Source of the DNA: a virus
Lineage: Duplodnaviria; Caudoviricetes
Length of the DNA: 64,000 bases
Direction: 5' to 3' (one strand)
IMG/VR virus record: IMGVR_UViG_3300028176_000004
Span: 411 to 64,410 of that record
Shown here: positions 58,040 to 64,000 of the stretch, piece after piece
Numbering within the stretch: position 1 is the stretch's first letter
Layout: the number at the start of each line of letters is the position of its first letter
Position numbers and translations under genes: made by a program
The notes under the pieces: model-generated
What the model saw: only the letters and a program-made list of their open reading frames with translations
Told to the model about the DNA's origin: nothing
Database searches by the model: none

Positions 58040-58623
58040 ATATTCTCCAAATCAATGATATTTCCCGTCTCATATTCCTTTACACCTGTTACCATAATAA
58101 TCTGGATGCCAAAATCTTCGGCCAGGAACTCCAGCATTTTGGTAACCTTCTGCCGGTAGGTGGGTGAGTGGACTGACTTAAAAGGTTCATCCATCACCAT
58201 TAGCTTTCGCACCTTCGGCTTGCTTAAACATATACAACTCACCCGTAGAGCAAACGCCGCCACTTCTGTAACGCCGCCAGAATCTTCATTCAATGGATCA
58301 AACTCCTCTCTGCCTTCCTTGATAATTACCAGTTGGGCTTCGGTTCGATTTCGTTTTTTGACGAAGTTCATTTTGAACCCATATCCCTCACCAAACACAT
58401 ACTCCATACACCTACTCACCACCGAAGATATCTGACGGTGAGCTGTTTGCTGAATCTGCTGTGCTACGGCTTGCGCTATCTCCAAACTTTTCTTACAAGC
58501 CTGTAACGATAACGCCGCTTCCATCTGCGCTTTTTCTTCAGCTTCCTGTTGGAGTTTCAACAGGTCTAATTCCGAAGTCATTCTATTTACAATCTTTCGA
58601 TATATTTGTATATCATTCCGCAT
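58036..58623 (-). CDS. sbcC: SbcC/Rad50 ATPase, C-terminal half
   Basis: Signature DSGGVTEVAAFALR and Walker B/D-loop VMDEPF. Confidence 0.85.
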   Translation of the reverse strand: MRNDIQIYRKIVNRMTSELDLLKLQQEAEEKAQMEAALSLQACKKSLEIAQAVAQQIQQTAHRQISSVVSRCMEYVFGEGYGFKMNFVKKRNRTEAQLVIIKEGREEFDPLNEDSGGVTEVAAFALRVSCICLSKPKVRKLMVMDEPFKSVHSPTYRQKVTKMLEFLAEDFGIQIIMVTGVKEYETGNIIDLENM

Positions 58624-58876
58624 TTGCCGACCTTATTTCATCCCACTTACCTTCAAACTTTTCCAGCTCAGAACTCAGCCTGGCTTCCAACTTTTCCAAC
58701 TGGCCGGTCTTTTGTTCGCATAGCTTCCGACCATCAGTTAAAGTCTCACAACCAAACTTATCCTTTAGTTGAGTGAGTGTTTGCTCTAAGGCACCGGCAG
58801 CTTTGTTTGCCTTTTGTTCCGCCGATTCAATCCGGCCCTTTAGGGTCATATACTTGTTTAATGCTTTTTCATCCAT
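58613..58876 (-). CDS. Small coiled-coil protein (possible SbcC arm piece)
   Basis: 87-aa heptad-rich ORF between SbcD and the SbcC C-half. Confidence 0.6.
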   Translation of the reverse strand: MDEKALNKYMTLKGRIESAEQKANKAAGALEQTLTQLKDKFGCETLTDGRKLCEQKTGQLEKLEARLSSELEKFEGKWDEIRSANAE

Positions 58877-58879
58877 ATC

Positions 58880-59818
58880 TTACCTCTTAACTGATTTTAA
58901 TAAAATCGATTTTACCCTGCGTGACACTTTGTGTTCTTCCACGTACTGAACGATACTCGTGGTGAAGTCCATACCGTTATCGCCCAGCTTTTCCAACTCT
59001 CGCACAAATTCCGATAACCCATCATCAATATCAACTTCATCCTCTGGATTAACCGTTTCCAAATGAACGTCTTCACTTACATCTAACTTTACAGATATCA
59101 CTGTATTATTATCGCACAATACACCAATTCGGGGCTCATAATTTACCTCATCACTTTTCCGTCTAAAGAATCCGCCGCAATTCCAAACCAATTCCCCGTT
59201 CCGGCCCACCGCCTCAAACCCAATATGATTATCCCCAAATACACAAATATCATTATTATGTAAATCTTGTTTTTTAATCAGGTCAGCTGTACTTGCTTGG
59301 CCATATCCAGCACCCTTCTGCCATACATACTGGTGCTGAACTAATACGGACATCACCCCATCATCCTCGAATCGCTTGGGTGAATCGGTGGGTGAGTCTT
59401 GTCCGAATGGAATGCCGGTCAATCGAATCTTAACCCCATTAGATAAAAGCTTCATAGTTCCGTCCAAGTGAATTATCCGGCCCGTTTTGACCAACGTCCA
59501 ATATGCTGATTTTTCCTTTTCCCCGTAGTTGTGTTGGGGCAGGTCGTGCTGACCTGGGATGGCGTACATAATGGGTAGATTATCGATGGCAAAATTTACC
59601 AACTCAGAACTCTGATGCGCTCCATACCATTTATCGAATACATCACCAGCACATATCACTGGCACCCCCAACTCGTTACGCAAGGATGTTAGTTGACTTA
59701 ATTGACGTTTCATAGCTTTCAGCCAATCCGGCTCAGCCGAACGCCATATAGGTGGTCGAAGTGATAGATGAATATCTGCTACAAAAATGGCTATGGGCTT
59801 ACAGTAGTTTGTCCGCAT
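58880..59818 (-). CDS. sbcD: SbcD/Mre11-like metallophosphoesterase nuclease
   Basis: ADIHL, AGDVFD, PGQHD, FGDNH motifs. Confidence 0.88.
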   Translation of the reverse strand: MRTNYCKPIAIFVADIHLSLRPPIWRSAEPDWLKAMKRQLSQLTSLRNELGVPVICAGDVFDKWYGAHQSSELVNFAIDNLPIMYAIPGQHDLPQHNYGEKEKSAYWTLVKTGRIIHLDGTMKLLSNGVKIRLTGIPFGQDSPTDSPKRFEDDGVMSVLVQHQYVWQKGAGYGQASTADLIKKQDLHNNDICVFGDNHIGFEAVGRNGELVWNCGGFFRRKSDEVNYEPRIGVLCDNNTVISVKLDVSEDVHLETVNPEDEVDIDDGLSEFVRELEKLGDNGMDFTTSIVQYVEEHKVSRRVKSILLKSVKR

Positions 59819-60816
59819 AAAGGACAAACATCCATTTCCATCACTAACTCTAAACACTCTTTCAGTTCGCCCGCTAATTCCTTTTGAATCTTTTGCCATT
59901 TTGCACCTTCTTCAATTATCTTGGATAGTTCTTGTACTTCTGATTTTAGGTTTTGCGCTTTTTGATATACACTGTCTATTTTGCCGATGGATGGCGGTTG
60001 GTTGTTTAGGCACTTTTGGCAACCGGCTGCGAAATTTAACAACACAGTCAGATCTTGTATATCCCTGTTAACCTTTTCATATTCATTCGCCACCTCAGTA
60101 CAACCCTTACCAATCAAGCTCAAATCACGATAATCCAACTTGGTTTGCCTGAGTTTTATACTGGTATCTATGAACTGTTGGAGTATGGTTATTTGTCTTT
60201 CCATCAACTCGCATTTTGCTTCCCATACCTCAATCACTTCCAATTCATCCCGAATAGCAGGAACATTGGTGTATTGTGCTATTTTCTTTTCAATCTCATC
60301 AACTCTACCATTCACAACATCTACCGTTACGCCCAATTCATTCTTATGTGAATTGAGATATTTCAAGCACTCATCGATTTCACTCAAATCCACGATAGCA
60401 TTCAATTGCCGGCTTATTTCGCCGCCTGTATTAGAAAACCAAAAAGGTTTATCATGTTGTGTTTGAAAATTAAGTTCTTGACTATTAAACAAGTGTGCTA
60501 TCGGTTCCGGCACTACGTTCCCAAACGCCGTAAAATCATCAGGCACCAAGCTGGTTCGGTAAAAATTACTGCTGGACTTTCTTTCCCGTTCCACCACCGC
60601 ACCGCCGTCTATTTTAGCCGATACAATACACCGGTTGCCCCCATTACGAATGTAACTATTGCCTGGGGCCTCATTAAGAACCAACCATCTCAAAGCTCGT
60701 AACACGCTGGACTTGCCACTGTCACTTCGTCCAACAATAACGTTGACCCCTGGTTGAAAAGATAGCACTAATTTTTTGTGTTTTTGAAAATTTAATATTC
60801 GTAATTTTTCAATCAT
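59791..60816 (-). CDS. sbcC: SbcC/Rad50 ATPase, N-terminal half ending in a zinc hook
   Basis: NFQKH, Walker A GRSDSGKSS, Q-loop QTQHD, terminal CPLCG. Confidence 0.88.
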   Translation of the reverse strand: MIEKLRILNFQKHKKLVLSFQPGVNVIVGRSDSGKSSVLRALRWLVLNEAPGNSYIRNGGNRCIVSAKIDGGAVVERERKSSSNFYRTSLVPDDFTAFGNVVPEPIAHLFNSQELNFQTQHDKPFWFSNTGGEISRQLNAIVDLSEIDECLKYLNSHKNELGVTVDVVNGRVDEIEKKIAQYTNVPAIRDELEVIEVWEAKCELMERQITILQQFIDTSIKLRQTKLDYRDLSLIGKGCTEVANEYEKVNRDIQDLTVLLNFAAGCQKCLNNQPPSIGKIDSVYQKAQNLKSEVQELSKIIEEGAKWQKIQKELAGELKECLELVMEMDVCPLCGQTTVSP

Positions 60817-61093
60817 GTCTGTACCTCATTCTACGGTTCTTGGCCAATATCTCCATCGAATACCCTATTTTAATCAAAGCACTCGTACCATACATAATCA
60901 TCCTAATTTTATCCTCACATTTAAGTTTCTTTTGGTAATAGTCGGCGTGGGATAATGTATGGGAAAATACACCATATTGACTACGGGTATCATAATATGC
61001 CCATTTAGTCACCCAATAGTATAATTTATCAACCTTTAATCCCAGGCCATGGTTTATATTTTTTTCGAAATGATTTGGCTGATTTTTTCTCAT
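60809..61093 (-). CDS. Hypothetical protein, paralogue of 61029-61319
   Basis: Shares KLK(C/Y)EDKIR.(I/V)M(Y/F)G with its neighbour. Confidence 0.65.
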   Translation of the reverse strand: MRKNQPNHFEKNINHGLGLKVDKLYYWVTKWAYYDTRSQYGVFSHTLSHADYYQKKLKCEDKIRMIMYGTSALIKIGYSMEILAKNRRMRYRHD

Positions 61094-61319
61094 CTTCAGT
61101 TAAAATACCCCATCTTTCTGCTAACTTAACAGTATCACTCTCGCCAAACATTACTTCACGAATCTTGTCTTCATATTTTAATTTTCTCATAGTGAAATCA
61201 ATACCCATCATACTGTCTTTCACTCTACGAGTAGCAATACCACCGAATCGTGAAAGGATGTCTGCCCTGGTCCAACGCTCAATCAAAATCTCTAATTTTT
61301 GCGCTTGTTGTTTCGTCAT
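61029..61319 (-). CDS. Hypothetical protein, paralogue of 60809-61093
   Basis: Shares KLK(C/Y)EDKIR.(I/V)M(Y/F)G with its neighbour. Confidence 0.65.
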   Translation of the reverse strand: MTKQQAQKLEILIERWTRADILSRFGGIATRRVKDSMMGIDFTMRKLKYEDKIREVMFGESDTVKLAERWGILTEDEKKSAKSFRKKYKPWPGIKG

Positions 61320-61894
61320 TATAAATTCACCATAATTGTTAAAATATTAATCGGATGAACCGCTGATATAAAGTCGTTGAAAGGCATGATAAACACCTTC
61401 TGTTTAGAAATGTATTTGGAATTGAATTTCAAAATCGCAAAATTTTCAACTCTCTTAAAATCCGCCCCATTCTCACGCAACATACGATATAATTCAAATG
61501 GAAAATAACACATGCAACTTCGCCGGTCTCTTTTAACTATTAAAAACCAAAATTTAACCCCTGAATTATTTTGGTCTGTCTGGGCTTGAAAAATAAAATT
61601 TTCATATGTTTGGATTGCCGCCTTTTCAGGCTTGTCTAAAATGTTGGCAAAGTTATCTTTGGAATATCCCCGTTTCAACTCAATACTTATTAAATCCAAA
61701 AGTGGCTGACCTATAGGGTCAACCGCTTGTATATCGCCGCACTGGCCATAAGTAGATTTTTGCTGCTTGCTACGAGTTTTTGCCATTGCGCCGCTTCCAG
61801 CTGTTCTCCAATAAATATCATCCCGCTTTCCCTTGCTCCACCACAACGATAGTTGTCGGCATATCAACCGTTCAAAACTGCTGCCCTTCGCCAT
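61319..61894 (-). CDS. Holliday junction resolvase (Hjc-type PD-(D/E)XK)
   Basis: KGSSFER, RTAGSGA, GDI, IELK. Confidence 0.8.
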   Translation of the reverse strand: MAKGSSFERLICRQLSLWWSKGKRDDIYWRTAGSGAMAKTRSKQQKSTYGQCGDIQAVDPIGQPLLDLISIELKRGYSKDNFANILDKPEKAAIQTYENFIFQAQTDQNNSGVKFWFLIVKRDRRSCMCYFPFELYRMLRENGADFKRVENFAILKFNSKYISKQKVFIMPFNDFISAVHPINILTIMVNL

Positions 61895-61895
61895 A

Positions 61896-62699
61896 TCAAC
61901 CTTTCAGCCTGGTAGCTTTTTGGATTGTCACCATTATTTGTTTAATATCATACATCACACGGCTATCTCGTTGTAACTCCATTATTGGTGTACCTTCAAA
62001 TGGAAGTCTCACCAGTCGTTTATTTCTCATAACAATATCCCTGGATGCACGAATCGTCTGATATGCTTTGGCTGTTGGGGACAACTCTTTCCTCAAATAC
62101 TTTATAGCTGTTTTCTCACCAACGCCGGTGATGCCCTGTATGTTATCTGAGGAGCACCCCGACATAGCCTTAATTTTAGCCCATTGATGTGGATACACCC
62201 CATACTCCTGTACAAATCGGCTGTATGTCATAAACTTCTTATGATTAAAAATAGATATGTTAAAATTCAAAAGTTGAAACATATCGTGGTCGGTCGATAC
62301 TATTACAGCAGTATCTTCTTCAGATAAATTTTGGGCCAAGCTGGCTATCAAGTCATCACCCTCAAACCCCTTATACCAAAATATATTCTTATACCCCATT
62401 TCAGGCAAAATGGTTTTCCTCAGTTCTTGAACGGCCTGTTGAAATGCTTTATCTTCGGGCAACATTTCTTTCTCATGACGATGTGCTTTATATTCAGGAT
62501 AAATTTCAGCACGTTTATACGGCCCCGCATCCCAGCAAAATGCTACGTTCCGGCACTTATGGTGTGAACGAATACTATCTACATCACGAATAAATCCAAA
62601 CATTGTTGCTATTTTTATATCATCAGGGTCGGTGCTTCCTGATGCGTACCTGGCCCGATAACACAAATGATTACAATCTAACAAAAGCCACTTACTCAT
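61896..62699 (-). CDS. 5'-3' exonuclease/flap endonuclease (Pol I N-terminal type)
   Basis: LLDCN, YKAHR, EGDDLIA, STDHDMFQL, GCSSDNIQGITGVGEKTA. Confidence 0.9.
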   Translation of the reverse strand: MSKWLLLDCNHLCYRARYASGSTDPDDIKIATMFGFIRDVDSIRSHHKCRNVAFCWDAGPYKRAEIYPEYKAHRHEKEMLPEDKAFQQAVQELRKTILPEMGYKNIFWYKGFEGDDLIASLAQNLSEEDTAVIVSTDHDMFQLLNFNISIFNHKKFMTYSRFVQEYGVYPHQWAKIKAMSGCSSDNIQGITGVGEKTAIKYLRKELSPTAKAYQTIRASRDIVMRNKRLVRLPFEGTPIMELQRDSRVMYDIKQIMVTIQKATRLKG

Positions 62700-63768
62700 A
62701 TTTAATCTTTCTTTTCACAGTACATGCTTTCTCAATCTCATTCCACGTCTGAATCACCAACAACTTCAACTCTGGCTCCAAATCATTGCTTTCAATATAA
62801 GCCACAATCTTTTCTTCACCGCCTTTAATACCAAAATCAGTTGCATCTATCATACCCGTTTTTGTGTTTTTATCCCAACCACCTTCATCACATAAATACC
62901 TAACGCATCCGCCCACATCATCAAATCCAAACGAATAATATATTGGTAGTGTAACGGTTCTATCTTTCCCAGTCAAACGGTTCTTCTTACACCGTATAAC
63001 ACACTCATTCCCAATGTTACGCTTCTTACCCCTAACTGTCCGGACAATTGGTGCTTTGACACTGCTCCACAACTCTAACGTGGCATAAAAACGTAATGCG
63101 TGCCCGCCCGAACGTGTCTTGGTCGGAAACATACTGGTAATACTATCTCTGGTTTGACATAATACGATAAGAATGGAACCGCTCTCACGCAACGGGCCGA
63201 TTATCCGCCGCAAACCCGCACTGTTCTTCTTCGCCTTCCCATCACCATAGGAACCGGTGGTTGGTGTACCTTTTCTGGATGCTGCCCGTACTTTTTGAAA
63301 TTTATCTTCTTCAGAATCGCTCGATAATACATCCATTGAATCCTGAATATAAATAACCGGCCTGGAACCCTTAACGGCATCATCCAAATGATAATAAAAC
63401 TCTTCAATGGTAGTGGAATACACAGGCATCCCGTCTTTCATCGCCGGTGGTTCCAATCTTTCCGCCACGGCCTTCCCAAAGAACTTCGCCAAATCCATCA
63501 ACGCCCCATCTTCACCATTATCATAAATAAATCGATAATTAGCAAAACTGGGATTAATAGCTGCTTCGGCCAAACAAGTCAATGATAGAAATGTTTTTCC
63601 ACTGATAGAATCACCCACCAGAAAAAAATACTTACCTTTTACAAATCCACCAAAATGCTTACCGCTACACGCCAAATTAAGTAGTGTACTTCCAGTGGAT
63701 AAAAAATCAGATTTTTTTAATCTTGGTTTCTTTTCTTCAACCGTCATATCTTTTATAATTTTTTTCAT
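62692..63768 (-). CDS. recA: RecA/UvsX-like recombinase
   Basis: LSTGSTLLN, GDSISGKT, QDSMD, SGGHALRFYA, KKNRL. Confidence 0.88.
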   Translation of the reverse strand: MKKIIKDMTVEEKKPRLKKSDFLSTGSTLLNLACSGKHFGGFVKGKYFFLVGDSISGKTFLSLTCLAEAAINPSFANYRFIYDNGEDGALMDLAKFFGKAVAERLEPPAMKDGMPVYSTTIEEFYYHLDDAVKGSRPVIYIQDSMDVLSSDSEEDKFQKVRAASRKGTPTTGSYGDGKAKKNSAGLRRIIGPLRESGSILIVLCQTRDSITSMFPTKTRSGGHALRFYATLELWSSVKAPIVRTVRGKKRNIGNECVIRCKKNRLTGKDRTVTLPIYYSFGFDDVGGCVRYLCDEGGWDKNTKTGMIDATDFGIKGGEEKIVAYIESNDLEPELKLLVIQTWNEIEKACTVKRKIKYE

Positions 63769-63772
63769 ACAT

Positions 63773-63805
63773 AAAAAATGAAGGGCAGTTTGACCCACCC
63801 TTCAT
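63773..63805 (-). terminator. Intrinsic terminator after the SSB-like gene
   Basis: ATGAAGGG...CCCTTCAT stem followed by a T-run on the minus strand. Confidence 0.7.
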
Positions 63806-63828
63806 CCTTTCATCCAATAAAAATAATC

Positions 63829-64000
63829 TTATTCAAAGTCATCATCGTCATCGAAGTCGTCGTCATCTACCGGTGCCACCTTCTTGGCTTTCTTCGCATT
63901 CTTCGCCTTCTTCGGCTCATCATCATCGTCATCGAAGTCGTCGTCATCTACCGGTGCCGCCTTCTTGGCTTTCTTCGCCTTCTTCGGCTCATCGTCGAAG
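63829..64000 (-). CDS. Acidic repetitive C-terminal tail, probably of the SSB at 1-623
   Basis: FDDEPKKAKKAKKAAPVDDDDFDDDDEPKKAKNAKKAKKVAPVDDDDFDDDDFE-stop, built from a duplicated unit. Confidence 0.7.
   Translation of the reverse strand, partial: FDDEPKKAKKAKKAAPVDDDDFDDDDDEPKKAKNAKKAKKVAPVDDDDFDDDDDFE

Noticed and set aside
10-63585. Most plus-strand ORFs in the track
   Set aside because: They lie antisense to well-supported minus-strand genes and lack SD sites or recognisable motifs.

Overview
The window looks like a nearly complete ~64 kb genome of a tailed dsDNA phage with a siphovirus-type tail module. It starts inside the 5' part of an SSB gene and ends in an acidic tail that fits the same gene, which suggests a circular or permuted contig. 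Almost all genes are on the minus strand. Modules: (1) replication and recombination: gp32-like SSB, UvsY-like protein, DnaX-like clamp loader, beta-clamp, a family A polymerase split from a UDG-like/3'-5' exonuclease gene, DnaB-like helicase, primase, SNF2 helicase, RecA, 5'-3' exonuclease, resolvase and a split SbcC around SbcD; (2) a lambda-like head-tail module with several LamG proteins, two glycosyltransferase-like genes and a MuF-kinase fusion; (3) small accessory genes behind repeated sigma70-like promoter cassettes. The best candidate for an undescribed system lies at 5.8-11.8 kb inside the replication operon. It has two SPL-like radical SAM enzymes, a SAM-binding enzyme without the DPPY motif, a DUF2156-like aminoacyl-transferase GNAT and a small Gly/Lys-rich peptide. 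It shares a phage-specific promoter motif with the phage metK and with the operon carrying two MazG-like NTP pyrophosphatases. I interpret it as a possible SAM- and radical-dependent DNA hypermodification pathway, or alternatively a peptide-modification pathway. No hmU or 7-deazaguanine synthesis genes were recognised. All family assignments come from reading motifs by eye; no database searches were run. No tRNA, CRISPR array or integrase was recognised.
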